A stretch of 61,626 nucleotides of DNA, filler included, from Hausera hauseri (GCA_046269625.1; 8 parts of 8 records of this genome joined end to end with filler, not necessarily neighbours in it); one strand, 5' to 3'. Positions 12,599-24,960 are shown, numbered from the whole stretch's first letter. The notes: generated by a model from the sequence alone, not told the origin. Numbers and translations are program-made.

Positions 12599-12810
12599 AG
12601 TAGGGAGAATGGAGGGCACCGCACCAAGCTTATTTTCCTATCTCGAAACCCCCCAGGATCAATAATCAATATTCAGTAATCAATGATTTTATATGGGAAA
12701 ATTTAGGAAATCAATATTATTGATTGGTGCGGTCGTGGTTTCACTATTCCCACCCCCAACTTGTTTCAATTTTGCATATAAATACCCTCGTGTCACTTGT
12801 AAAAAAAAAT
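12599..12810. repeat. Polinton terminal inverted repeat / terminus (starts AGTAGG)
   Basis: Reverse complement aligns with 56910-57214; homology stops exactly at AGTAG; lies just past the pPolB stop codon. Confidence 0.75.
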
Positions 12811-12924
12811 TTATCAAAAGTACACTATGACAAAACACAAGGCAAAAGTGAAGAAAAAACATGAGACAAAGAAGTCTATACAAATATTTATTAATATAAC
12901 ATACAAGCAATCAAATATTTACAA

Positions 12925-13500
12925 TCAAATATTTACAATACAATAATGTCCATAGGCGACACTTTTATTTTTCGATATCCACTGTCGTTTGTCGTCGAAT
13001 GGATCCAAAGCTTTCTTTTTGGTACTGATTGTCATCAGCTGGTGATTTTTGGTGCCAATTCGTTCTTGATCGACAGTTGTTCCACATCCATTCTCATATG
13101 CTTGCAGGTAATTGTCAAAGTGCAAGTCAGTTTGTTTCAGATTGATGCCCTTGCATTTCAGCACTGGTTTGGTTTTTGTTTTAAGGGCATATGATTTTGG
13201 TCTTAGGAAAATGGCTTCTTCATATTCTGCACTACCCTTACTTTCATCCTTGAATTTGCCAATTACCGAAGCGAAACGGGTAGAATAAAGAGGGTCTGTA
13301 GTGTCATAGTTAGAAGTGTCCAACTGCTCATTTGCTATCATTGCCGGTAAGAGCTGAGATCGCAAATCCACACCACGACATTCAAGAAAGAAACTGTCAG
13401 TGTCACCAGCAACAATATTTAACTCACAATTGAACTGATGTCTATATGACTCTAACTCAATGTAATTCAATTCATACATTCTCAACTTGGAAAGATCAAG
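12925..13500 (-). CDS. Polinton pPolB C-terminal part (open to contig end)
   Basis: LDLSKLRMYEL, AGDTDSFF, LDTSNY, IGKFKDE, FLRPKSY, KCKGI, KKKALDPFDDKR, AYGHY. Confidence 0.95.
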   Translation of the reverse strand, partial: LDLSKLRMYELNYIELESYRHQFNCELNIVAGDTDSFFLECRGVDLRSQLLPAMIANEQLDTSNYDTTDPLYSTRFASVIGKFKDESKGSAEYEEAIFLRPKSYALKTKTKPVLKCKGINLKQTDLHFDNYLQAYENGCGTTVDQERIGTKNHQLMTISTKKKALDPFDDKRQWISKNKSVAYGHYCIVNI

Positions 13501-13600
13501 NNNNNNNNNNNNNNNNNNNNNNNNNNNNNNNNNNNNNNNNNNNNTTAATTAATTAANNNNNNNNNNNNNNNNNNNNNNNNNNNNNNNNNNNNNNNNNNNN
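13501..13600. other. Artificial contig spacer (N-run + TTAATTAATTAA); same at 26439-26538, 30738-30837, 41334-41433, 46444-46543, 51448-51547, 56796-56895
   Basis: Identical 100-nt six-frame-stop linker occurs seven times. Confidence 0.99.
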
Positions 13601-13929
13601 AAGAGAGGTGATGTTAGCAGATGAATAATCCCATATTATCAAAAAGGAAGTAAAAATACAAGGTACACAGACACAAGAACTGATACGAACCAGCTGCAGT
13701 TATACAAAACAAATGTCATTTATTAAGATTTCAACAACAATTCACATCATCTTTAGCATTTCCTACATCCACTGTCACTGTGTCCCATGCCTACAAATCA
13801 CTGCTACATACCAAGACAATTCATTAACACTGTACAACGGATCTGTAAAACTGAAACACTGAGTCAGTGGAAAGAATAGTTCAGTTTATTTCATTTAATG
13901 AACCATCATCACTGCATTCAGTCCAAATG

Positions 13930-14140
13930 TTCCTTTCAGCAATTACAGGGATCTCAGCGCAGCACATTAACCCCAAAGCACTCGTTTAACCTTGACAGCA
14001 GGTTTTCAACCCACTTTATTTCATTTTTCAACTGCCAAGGGATTTCTAATATGCAAACATTTGAAACGGGATTTTCAAGTCTACTGCCTCCAACAGACCA
14101 GGGGGGATTTTGGTACCTGGGACTAGGGATGGCTACATTT
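13930..14140 (-). mobile_element. Diverged partial copy of SINE family A
   Basis: TTTTCAACTGCCAAGGGATTT...GACCAGGGG shared with 23830-23910. Confidence 0.6.
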
Positions 14141-14289
14141 TCATTTATTCCAATGAGAAATGAAGTTTTGTGAGAGACTGACAATAAATTTATTAACAAA
14201 AGTCAGCAGCACACATCAACTATGCCTGATTGGCTGTTATGACATCGGTCTTCTATTAATAGAACAGTCACTGATTCATTGTGATTTAT

Positions 14290-14710
14290 TTTGAATTACA
14301 CATATCTTACATATCAAATTACACACATCTTACATATAAAATTACACACATCTTACATATCAAACGACATGCATATCAAGCTACACACACTTTGGCTATC
14401 AAACAACACACATCTGACATATCAAACTACACACATCTTATATTTCAAACTACACACACATTTGACATATCAAACTACACACACATCTCACATATCAAAC
14501 TACACACATCTTATATTTCAAACTACACACATCTGACATATCAAACTACACACAACTGACATCATATTTCACACATCTTACATATCAAATTGCACACACA
14601 TTTAACACATCACACTACAGCTATCTCATGTATCAAACTTCACACATCTCAAATATCAAACTACATGCATATCAAGGTACACACATCTTGGCTACCAAAC
14701 GGCACACAGC
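14290..14710. repeat. Degenerate minisatellite, about 23-bp unit (CATATCAAACTACACACATCTTA)
   Basis: Visible tandem array; produces spurious H/T/Y-rich ORFs. Confidence 0.9.
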
Positions 14711-15898
14711 TGATATCCCCCCCCCAACCATGATCATTTACTAACTACTTTTCAGTATTATGTTATAAACCAAACACCATTCATGACCAGTAGGTCAAAT
14801 CCCACAGCATCTAACAAAGGACCAGTTTTGTGGTGGACATCCATTTGATGGCGACATGATCCAAGTGAGAAACACTCTGGCCTTGAGCATCCATCTTTGG
14901 TTGTCTAGACTCTGAACCATTTGAAGTCATTATTCAGTAGAATAAGGACGATAGTCGTCTGCAGGATTGACAGAGGACAAATCTCACCACTTGGCTGCAG
15001 TTGAAGCTGGCAGAGTCCAGCTATTCCTAGCAGGGAGCTTGAAATCAGTGTGGACAATGTGAAGGTACAGCTGCATTAACTGACATACCTAGAACAAGCC
15101 AGCCCTTGTATAAAAAAATAATATACTCCTGGTCCTTGGACATGCTGAAGTGCTAATGAATACAGGGACGGAGGTGTTGTGTGGGTGGCGACCCATAGCC
15201 AGCCTTGAAACACAGTGCCAGGGCTGATGAGCCAAGTCCCTATACACGCTGTTCCTGTTGTCGTCCTGGGCAATGGTTGGGAAACCTGCCGGCTAACTGG
15301 TAAAGGCTCGAGATGGTCCCAGTGGAGCAGTGGATCACTTCTAGGAGGCCAAGCCTTGCACTGAAGCCTGGAGGACCTCGGTCCACCCTCCTAGACACCA
15401 CTGGGACAGCAGGAATGCTCAACACAACTACTCCATTGGCCTTCTTAGGACTACAGCCCTTATCAGGGCTCATCCAGAAGAGCCAATGCTCAATGATGTG
15501 GAGATCATGAATCAATCACTGAATATAGATGGTAAATTTAGCCATGTTAAAGAGTCCTTGGCAGTAGTGTTCCCTTCAAAGTGTGCACATGTTCATGATG
15601 AAATGACATGCCAAGAGTATGCACAAATTTTTTCCTTCTTTGAGAAAAGCCGTATAAACCAGACTTGTCCATGGACACGGTGCACACAAAATCAGTTGGA
15701 GCATGTGAAGGAATATGAAAAGGAGTGGACTGAAAGACTGCTGCCTGACATTTCTATGACAAAAATTCTCATCCATCGCTACATAGAATCTCGTGGGTTC
15801 TATGGAGTTCCTCCACTGAGCTGAAATCTATGTAGATACTAATATGAAGGTCAGGACATCTATAGACATTGTGTGCTGTAATGGTAAGTAGAAAGTGA

Positions 15899-16165
15899 AG
15901 TCCATTTCACACCTAAAGGCAGGAGTATAGGGAAACGTGGAGTGTCCACATTTTTCCTTGACATCAGCACATGATTGGGCTATGTTGTCAGCATGCCAGC
16001 CCACCTTTTCTTTCCCAGAGAAATTCTCCGGTACCCATTTTTAAGGCCGGGTGGGCCCCTGAGCTGTTTCGGTAAATAAAATCCAATGCCCACAGCTGGG
16101 ATTGAACCCATGACCGAAAGATCGGCCAACAAGTACACTTACCCCTACGCCACCACGTCTCTGTG
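15899..16165 (-). mobile_element. tRNA-derived SINE family B copy
   Basis: Reverse complement matches 24673-24960 (B-box-like GGGTTCAATCCC, GGGGCCCACCC.GCCT.AAAAATGGGTACCGG core). Confidence 0.8.
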
Positions 16166-17206
16166 GGCTGTAAGGATGGTACACTCACATATAAATGTAC
16201 ACGATAAATTCACCCTTCAATTTTCTCATGTTCCTTCAGCATATATCATATGTGTATAACAATGCAATGGGAAATGCAAAAATCCAAGTATCAAACTGAT
16301 TTAATTAAAACCAGGCCTTTGTGGCATCAACTCAAAGATATTTCACCACACATGTGTAGCACATCAAGCTGTAATGTTACTGCTCATACTAAATTAAACT
16401 GTACAACACAAGAAAAGGTAGTGTTGTCAGCACCACACCTGGCTGGGGCTTCAGTTTATAAATAATTTATATACATGATTAACCAACTAAACTGTACAAA
16501 CATGAAGAAAATATCAAAGGGAGAATACTGCTTGAAAAATCTGCTGTAACAAAAAACTCAACAATGTATCTGAAAGTTACATTAGGCGGACAGTTCAACT
16601 CCCACCATATCTCTGCCCATACACACATTTATTTACACACACACAGACAGTTCTAATTTTCTTGAGACAGTCATCTTCTCCTCTTGGATGTTGAGGTGTT
16701 GCAGAAAAATCTTGATACAATTCTGGCAATAGCGGAACTCATTCTACAAATTCTGAAACGCATGAAAGCCACTGCAGCCTTCCTTTCAACAAACATGATT
16801 ACTCATATGCAAAGGAGAAATGGTAGTAATATCAGTCGCAAACAGCTAACAGATGCAGTTCTGAAAGTCAAATGATCATCTTCATATGACCAGATATTAC
16901 TGTATTATATCAATTAAGTTCCAGCCTCTGAAAGCCCATGTCCTGTCCTCCCAGTGTACACCTGATCCTTCCTCGGATAATAAGAAAGGTACCATTTCTT
17001 TAAAATTTCATTTACAGCGTCACGGAATCACCAACATTCTAATGTTGGAGAAGCATGTGGCATCAGTTTCCTTATGGAAATGCCCCGGTACAGAAGCCTG
17101 GCCTTTACTTCCCAATAAAGATGCTTCCATATTCCTTAATATCTTTCCTACATTCGTCTCGGTTCTTGGCTGCTTTCTGTGAAGCACTGAATGTTTAGTA
17201 AGTTAA

Positions 17207-17400
17207 GACCATTCACGCCTAAAGGCAGGCGTATAGGGAAATGTGGAGTTAGTTTTGACATTTTTCCTTGACACGGGCACATGGTTGGGTTATATTGTCA
17301 GCATAATGCCAGGCTGCCTTTACGTTCCCAGAGACTTTCTCCAGTACCCATTTTTGAGGCTGGATAGTCCCCTGGAAAGTTTCACCCGAAAAAAAATTGA
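17207..17400 (-). mobile_element. SINE family B partial copy
   Basis: Near-colinear with 15899-16080. Confidence 0.75.
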
Positions 17401-18144
17401 TGCCAACAACAATGCCCACAACCATGCGACCAGTGCACTAACTGCTGTGCCACCGCGGCTCCTGCACGGAATGTTAGGCATGACAATTCGATGATATTAA
17501 GTCTCTCATCATTTCTTCTGTTGACTATGTGTTCTTTTGCCTGGTGTTTAGTCTTGCAGGACAGTTTTGTGCTACACCATCTCATCTTCTTCTGTTCCTT
17601 CGCTGTTACATTAAGATCAAATTATTTGTCAATCTGAATTTTTTGCCGCTGTAGATGTCCAGTTTTCACAACAAAACAATAATGAAAAGGCCAGGCTCCC
17701 TGATCATAGGGTACGTCAGACTGAATATATAGTTCTACTGAAGTTGGATGATAAATTCAGAGGTCCTGCATGCAACCTGCACAAGATAAAGATCCCTTGG
17801 AAATAAAGAGTAGACTGATCAAATTCCTGCTTAATTCTCGCAAGTGCTACGGAACCATTGCACCAATGTCAATTCTTAACTCTCTGAGTCCATAGCAACA
17901 TTGTCAACATCATTTAGTGATATAAATTATATCACTGTACAGAAAATAATTCTGGAGTCAAAGAGTTAATAAGTACCAAGAAACTGAAGCACCTATGAAC
18001 TGTGAACTATGGATTGCAGACTACTGACTGGTCTTGGCAGACAAACTTAGCAGCATCAATGGGGATCCATGTGTCTGGCAGGAATTTTATCACAGAAATT
18101 GTGCTTCTTCTTTTATGATTTCCAGTTGTCAATAGATCTTTTTA

Positions 18145-18316
18145 ACCAGTGACATATTTTCATATGGAACACATAAGTTTATGACCCATCTATGTAAGAA
18201 TCAGCTATCTGATCTCACTCACCCTGGGACCAGTGACATATTTCATATGGGACACATAAGTTTATGACCCATCTATGTAAGAATTAGCTATCTGATCTCA
18301 CTTACCCTGGGACCAG
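18145..18316. repeat. Tandem duplication, about 84-bp unit x2
   Basis: ACCAGTGACATATTT...CACCCTGGG repeated head-to-tail. Confidence 0.9.
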
Positions 18317-19408
18317 CGACTGGCCCTGCTACTTATTTATTCCTGCTGAAAATCAAGTGTTGACAATGCAATCTTACATATGTTTCAAATGCTCAATGTT
18401 CTTTCATCACGCCCCTTTGCTTGAACTATAAGCAGAAAACCAAATTATTAATATTTACACTAATTCACAGAGCTGACAAGAAACAGAATCTTTCAGACAT
18501 CTGTGATGAGGGCAACAGTCTGCAAAGGACATGCCACATGATAATGATGGTACTAATTCACATATTGTTATATTCCTGTATAAAGAAATGTATCTTCAAA
18601 ACCAGGAGATCAGCTACTGTCCCCTTCTTTCCACTTGAAATTACGTAAAAGAAAACATATTTTAAAAATGTATATGTACACTTCTGTACACGTTCCAAAC
18701 ACAAGGGTCCATTAGATTGTAGTTTTCATAAAAATTTTAAATAATGGTTCTTCACTGGTGGTGGTAATATCAATACTTTGTGTGCATTTCTGCACCAAAA
18801 ACTGACTGAATCATTTGTCATTTCCATGTTGTCTACTTCAGCGTCACAGTCCGTTTGGGTACCACAAACCTGTCTCAACAATAAATGCTATTTTTACATA
18901 ACAAACTTCCATGATTGGCTTTATCTATTGCATCCTGTTATTCCGCATATACAATATGCGACCCAATATGGCAGCATCCTCACCATGCGATCAAAGTACT
19001 TCAGTCTGGGTCCCTGTATATTCCAGTCTAGGTCCAGTTCCAACCATCTCCTTGATGCAATATCTGGCACTATCTTTTAATATATAACTGTCAATATCCT
19101 TTTACAGAGCACACCACATATTAACTTCTATAACTGTGTTACGTTTAGCATCCATATTTGCCTTTGGTAACATAAGGCTGGAATGAAACTGCTTATATGT
19201 TATTGTCACACAATTTGTAATATTCTATCTACATTTTCAAAGTTTATGTCTAGTGAGTAAATAACAATTACTGGCATCCGCGTCTACAAACAAAAACAGA
19301 CCAGATCCAACAAAACAAAAGAATTCAACATGTACAGTTAACATCAGTCTGAAATAACACAACATGGCAGAAACAATCAAAAAAACACTGTGCTCTATAC
19401 ATTCTCAG

Positions 19409-19571
19409 AGCCTAGTTTCATGATACAGTTGCTACTTTTTAGTCTAGTTTCATGATAGAGTTACTATTTCTTAGTCTAGTTTCATGATACAGTTGCTACT
19501 TTTTGGTCTAGTTTCATGATACAGTTGCTACTTTTTAGTCTAGTTTCATGATACAGTTACTATTTTTTAGT
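19409..19571. repeat. Minisatellite, 32-bp unit x about 5
   Basis: AGTCTAGTTTCATGATACAGTTGCTACTTTTT tandem. Confidence 0.92.
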
Positions 19572-19625
19572 GTCCTGTCCGAATTCATCAGGCAGCGACT
19601 TGTAGAGCCACAATCCTTCAGTCTT

Positions 19626-20226
19626 GGACGTCCGTGTACATTGTCGTGGTAGTGAGATCGGACGTCCGTGTACATTGTCGTGATAGTGAGATTGGACGTC
19701 CGTGTACATTGTCGTGGTAGTGAGATCGTACGTCCGTGTACAATGTCGTGGTAGTAAGATCTGACGTCCGTGTACATTGTCGTGGTAGTGAGATCGGACG
19801 TCCGTGTACATTGGTGTGGTAGTGAGATTGGACGTCCGTGTACATTTTCGTGGTAGTGAGATTGGACGTCCGTGTACATTGTCGTGGTAGTGAGATTGGA
19901 CGTCCGTGTACATTGTCGTGGTAGTGAGATTCGACGTTCGTGTACATTGTTGTGGTAGTGAGATCGGACGTCCGTGTACATTGTTGGGGTAATGAGATCG
20001 GACGTCCGTGTATATTGTCGTGGTAGTGAGATTGGACGACTGTGTACATTGTTGTGGTAGTGAGATTGGACGACTGTGTACATTGTTGTGGTAGTGAGAT
20101 TGGACGTCCGTGTACATTGTTGTGGTAGTGAGATCGGACGTCCGTGTACATTGTTGTGGTAGTGAGATCGGACGTCCGTGTACGTTGTTGTGGTAGTGAG
20201 ATCGGACGTCCGTGTACATTGTCGTG
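19626..20226. repeat. Minisatellite, 34-bp unit x about 18 (GGACGTCCGTGTACATTGTCGTGGTAGTGAGATC), derived from SINE family A body
   Basis: Head-to-tail units without spacers; the last unit runs into GTGCACGTTAAAAATCC...AAATTCTAGGAAAA, homologous to the SINE at 23678-24019. Confidence 0.93.
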
Positions 20227-20734
20227 CACGTTAAAAATCCATAGACATTTGGAAATAGAACAAAAACTGTATTAGTAACGGCCGCTTTACGGGAAAAAAA
20301 ATTCTAGGAAAAGTCTGACATAAACCTACAGGGTCCTCGCCGGAGACAGTGAGCAAGTGCACTGAGCTAAGATTCTTCAGAATGGAGTAGAACGGATCAC
20401 TTATGAATGCATATCCGTGTGCGAAGATGTTGATCCTTTGTAACTAAGTATAGTAGAGAGTGCGTTGGTGTGAGATGTTGACACACCAATACGTGACGTC
20501 TATGAAGAAGACTGAATGCTGTCACATAATTCAGCTCAACACGTTAATACATCTGTTTATTACGTCAACAACAGCTGAATACTAACAATTGATGCATACA
20601 TACAAAGCCATCAACATGTGATAACTGCGGCCATAAAGATCGGATCGTCGACAACTGGTCAGTACTTCTCGTTGTGTGGCAGCTAACGATTATGACTCTA
20701 ATAAACTGGCTGTTCTGGAACGTAAACAAACAAA

Positions 20735-20765
20735 CTACGTTGCGACCACTAGGTCTTCATCAGGA
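20735..20765 (-). ncRNA. Degenerate minimal hammerhead ribozyme at Penelope 3' end
   Basis: Minus strand CTGATGA-A-GACC-TAGT-GGTC-GCAAC-GTA; GAAA box changed to GCAA, helix I weak. Confidence 0.55.
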
Positions 20766-21057
20766 ACAAATACAACACAACACAAAAACAAACGAGATTA
20801 CAAAAACCAAGACTACATGATAAAATAAAAGAAAAAAAACTAAGAAAATAGAACTTAACCAATATGTCCAGCGCCGCACACGAGGTCGAACTGGAGAATG
20901 AAGACGCGTGACCAAATGTGTTAAGAAAGTAGTGCCTGGCCATAACAGCGTCAAATGATAGATCCAACGAATGTGGAACGCGCAGCCCCACAAGAACTGA
21001 CTAAGGGGGAAAAGGGGGGGGGGTTGTTAAGAGGCGCGCAGAGATACAAGACTAGAG

Positions 21058-21870
21058 AGACACAAGAAATATCGCTGGTGAAGACAGGCGGCGCAGTAGG
21101 AAAGTAAGTGGAAGTGATAGAAGGAAGCTAAATATTCAATGGGATGGAGACAGAAGCAGGTTAAAGAAAAGAGAGGTGAATATTGAGACCGTTAGGAGTA
21201 AGATTGTTCAAGTGGTTTATCAATCTTTGTTCCACTGTGCGTCAAGCTCTTTCATCGGAAGAGCAGAACCTGATAGCGGTGACAAGAACATCCGCAGTTC
21301 CGGAGTGACCGGGGCTGTTAAAGTTGTTAGACACAAGAAATATCGCTGGTGAAGGCAGGCAGCGCAGTAGGAAAGTAAGTGGAAGTGATAGAAGGAAGCT
21401 AAATATTCAATGGGATGTAGACAGAAGCAGGTTAAAGAAAAGAGAGGTGAATATTGAGACCGTTAGCAGCAAGATTGTTCAGGTGGTGTATCAATCTTTT
21501 TTCCACTGTGCGTCGAGCTCTTTCATCGGAAGAGTAGAACCTGATAGCGGTGAGAAGAACATCCGCAGTTCCGGAGTGACCGGTGCTGTTAAAGTTGTTA
21601 GACACAAGACATATCGCCGGTGAAGGCAGGCAGCGCAGTAGGAAAGTAAGTGGAAGTGATAGAAGGAAGCTAAATATTTAATGGGATGTAGACAGAAGCA
21701 GGTTGAAGAAAAGAGAGGTGAATATTGAGACCGTTAGGAGCAAAATTGTTCAAGTGGTGTATCAATCTTTGTTCCACTGTGCGTCGAGCTCTTTCATCGG
21801 AAGAGCAGAACCTGATAGCGGTGACAAGAACATCCACAGTTCCGGAGTGACCGGGGCTGTTAAAGTTGTT
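21058..21870. repeat. Three tandem 271-bp copies of the Penelope 3' end (GIY-YIG C-terminus + UTR)
   Basis: Units start AGACACAAG at 21058, 21329 and 21600. Confidence 0.93.
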
Positions 21871-23677
21871 GCCCACAGGCGTGGATTGTTGTTGTTTGAT
21901 GCTTCGTAGGTACTCACTGAAACGGTCGGCTAGCCTCCTACCAGTTTCACCGATACATTTCATGTTGCACCGCCTACAGATGATAGCGTAGATGATGTTG
22001 GGTGATAGACATGTGAAACAATCCCGAATGGTGAAGGAGCCACCAGGGAAGTGCAACGAATCGGCTAGTGTGACAAATGGACACGTGAGTCAGGGTCTGC
22101 CACAAAGAGAAGTGCCTCTAAGTGAGTCACGGGAGGTCCGGAGACGGCTACGGACCAAGAGGTCCTTCATGTTACGAGAACGTCTATAAGCCACCATTGG
22201 CCTGTCCTGGAAAACCTCGCGTGTGAGGGATTCAGAGAGCAGAAGAGGGAGATGACGGAAGAGAATGCACTTGACCAAGTACTGTGGGGGTGGAAGGTGA
22301 GGACAAGTTTAACCCTGTCGGAAGAATTCGCCCGCCTGAAGTTGAAGGCAGCTCCTCGTGAAAGGGAGGAGACTCGGGTGAGGGCCGATGATAGAATATG
22401 TTCGGGGTACGACCTCCTGCGGAATAAGTCCATCATCTGATGGGCGTGTGCCATGAAATCTTTGTCGGCTTGACAAAGACGACGTAGGCGCAGAAGTTGG
22501 GAATATGGTAGGGAATAAAGACAGGAGGGGGAGTGGGAGATGTTGTAGAGAAGGTAGCTGTGGGCATCAGTAGGTTTGTAGAACACAATGGTTTAGAGTT
22601 TCGTAGGTTCAATGGAGACGGTGATGTCGAGGAAGTTGACAGAAGTGGACTCTGAGTGGGGGTAAACTTAATCACGGGATGAAAGTTGCTGACAAAGGAA
22701 ATGAAGCGCTCGAGGTCCACCATGGACATGTCCATGAGGCCGATGACATTATCAATGTATCTGCGATACAGAGAAGGGAAAGGGCCCTGGTACTGATGCC
22801 ACACTGGGTGTTCAAAGTGACCCATGAATAAACAGGCGTAGCTAGGTCCCATTTTGGTGCCCATGGCAACCCCACTGATCTGGTCGAATAATTCACCGTT
22901 AAACTCATATGAGATAAGGGTCAGAACCAGCTCAGTGAGGCGGACAAGTGTGGTTGTGGAAACTGACTGGTTAGTCCTTTGATCGAGAAAGAAAGAGAGA
23001 GCCCGAAGATCATCCGCATGAGTGATGGAGGTGTAGAGAGAAAAGACGTCAAGAAGGAAGAGTTTGTAGGTCCGAGAGGGGGAAAGGGATACTGAATCAA
23101 AGATACGTAGGGCGTGGTTGGTGTCCTTTAAGAAAGATGGAAGGTGCTCCACAATAGGTTGAAAGATGCCATCCAGGAAGTCATATATGAGCTGCGTGGG
23201 GCAAGAGCAGGTAGAGACGATAGGTTATCCTGTTTATGGATTTTAGGCAGGATGTAGAATAATGGCTTGCCTAAACAGCTGTCGTGGATAAGTACCTGCT
23301 TGGCAGTGGCGGGGAGGAAGCTATCGGAAATCAAGTCCGTGACAGCAAGGTGCACCTTCTTGTTGTTACCAACAGTGGTGTCGTCGACACGGGGGCTATA
23401 AAAGGTGGCCTTGGAGAGTTGACCGCGCCTTTCTTGCAGGTAGAGATCTTTACGCCAAATCACAATGGCACCACCCTTATCGGCAGGTTTGTTGACAATG
23501 TCGTCACGACGCCGCAATTGGGAGAGAGCCCTAGATTCGATGGAGGAGAGATTAGAATATTTCAGGCGGTGGAATGAGTGGCTCTGGATAGTGTGGACAG
23601 TGTTGTCAATATAGAGGTCTAATGCCCGAGGGACACCTAGAGAACGGGTCCAATTAGACTTACGGGAGAGGAAGCGA

Positions 23678-24019
23678 TTAGATTAGATTAGTTAAGATTA
23701 GATTAGATTAGATCTTCATTTAACCAGGGTTGAAAAATAGGCAGTATTGCCTGTTTACATTTCTGCCCATGGGGGTAGGTTTTTCCTAGAATTTTTCCCG
23801 GATAGCGGCCATTAAGCCTACTCTTTTTCGATTTTCAACTGCCAAGGGATTTTTAACGTACACGACAATTAACACGGACGTCCGATCTCACTGCCCAGAG
23901 ACCAGGGGAATTTTTAACTAGAAGATCCAAAAGAAAAAATCCCAAGTGCTTCCACCGGGATTCGAACCCCGTACCTCTATCTCTCAAGGCGGGTGTCCTA
24001 CCTCGAGACCACTGAGCGA
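23678..24019 (-). mobile_element. tRNA-derived SINE family A (Nin/Deu-like core) inserted in the Penelope ORF
   Basis: A box TCGCTCAGTGG, B box GGTTCGAATCC, CGTTAAAAATCCC core, (TCTAA)n tail; flanked by AGCGA (23673-77 and 24015-19); removing it restores DPADPFS-RFLSRKSNWT. Confidence 0.85.
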
Positions 24020-24672
24020 GAGAACGGGTCAGCCGGATCGGGGTCAACCGAAGTACTATTCACTAGTAGGGTTATTTAATTTTTACCTTGACAGTTGCTA
24101 AGTTTCCTTTGTATTTATGTCTTGGTCAACGTGTGACTCTGGACTTAACCTGTTTATTCATGGAATTTATTTTAATTAAGCAGATGTATGACCATAATTC
24201 TAGAACTCTAAGTGATGGTATCTTCTAGTCATTTTCCTAAATTCCTGACTTATAAAGTAACGCTGATCCTGTCTTAATGACAGCTGCGTCTTTGTATGCC
24301 GGGTGGTTTGATTTCCACCATTGTTTAGCTTTCTATATCAGACCTATCGCTGCCACTTCGCATTCTATCGATGGTGCCGTATCGTTGTTCTATTGTTAAA
24401 TATTTACAGCCACAGTGTGGCTCCGTTTAATATCACAGACATCCGTGACATCCTATTGAAATTACTGGTAGCTGTTGAGCTCATCTAGATGCTCGTTTAT
24501 TATCTACAATTATTCTATTTAAGAAAGAACTTCCAAACCCCAGCAGCGTGACCTAGATCGTTTAACTAAATGTCCCTAACCTGCTACTATTCTGCTACGT
24601 GCCCTTTACTATACTAAAATAGGTCTAGGTTATGCTGGATTTCTCCAAAACGGAGTATTTAAAGTTAGTCAA

Positions 24673-24960
24673 GGAGCCGCTGTGGCGTTGCGGTTAGTGC
24701 ACTCGTCTGCCGATCGTGTGGTTGCGGGTTCAGTACCAGCTGTGGGCATTGAATTTTTATTAAATCAGATCGGCTCCAGGGGCCCACCCAGCCTCAAAAA
24801 TGGGTACCGGAGAAATTGTCTGGGAAAGTAAATGCGGCCTGTCGTTATGCTGACAGCATAACCAAATTATATGCCGATGTCTTGGAAAATATGTGGACAC
24901 TAACTTCACATTTTGCCTATACGTCTTCCTAGGCGTGTACAATGGACTTTTTTTTATTTT
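24673..24960 (+). mobile_element. tRNA-derived SINE family B, full length
   Basis: TGGCGTTGCGGTTAG A-box-like, GGGTTCAGTACC B-box-like, conserved core, T-rich tail; two other copies on this contig. Confidence 0.8.

Larger units (their letters stand above)
20735..24060 (-). mobile_element. Penelope-like retroelement (RT + GIY-YIG), frameshifted
   Basis: KPADKGGAIVIW, FYILPKIHK, LDVFSLYTSI, QISGVAMGTKMGPSYACLFM, RYIDN, YKPTDAHSYL, SLPYSQLLRLRRLC, IIYAIICRRCNMKCIGETGRRLADRF. Confidence 0.96.

Noticed and set aside
13501-13600. TTAATTAATTAA palindrome as a biological motif; synteny across spacers
   Set aside because: Artificial linker; adjacency between contigs carries no information
14750-19200. 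Further decayed RTE-like LINE fragments (about 14750-15070, 15570-15830, 18850-19200)
   Set aside because: Only faint motif traces; boundaries not supportable
19626-20226. CRISPR-like array / repeat-protein ORFs
   Set aside because: Units are contiguous with no unique spacers, no cas genes are present, and the unit derives from a SINE; the ORFs are a by-product
23940-24019. tRNA gene (also 24673-24750)
   Set aside because: A/B boxes are followed by multicopy SINE bodies; no complete cloverleaf
23639-24030. AGAGAACGGGTC 12-bp repeat as SINE TSD
   Set aside because: The left copy is about 27 bp away from the SINE tail and both copies belong to the Penelope coding sequence
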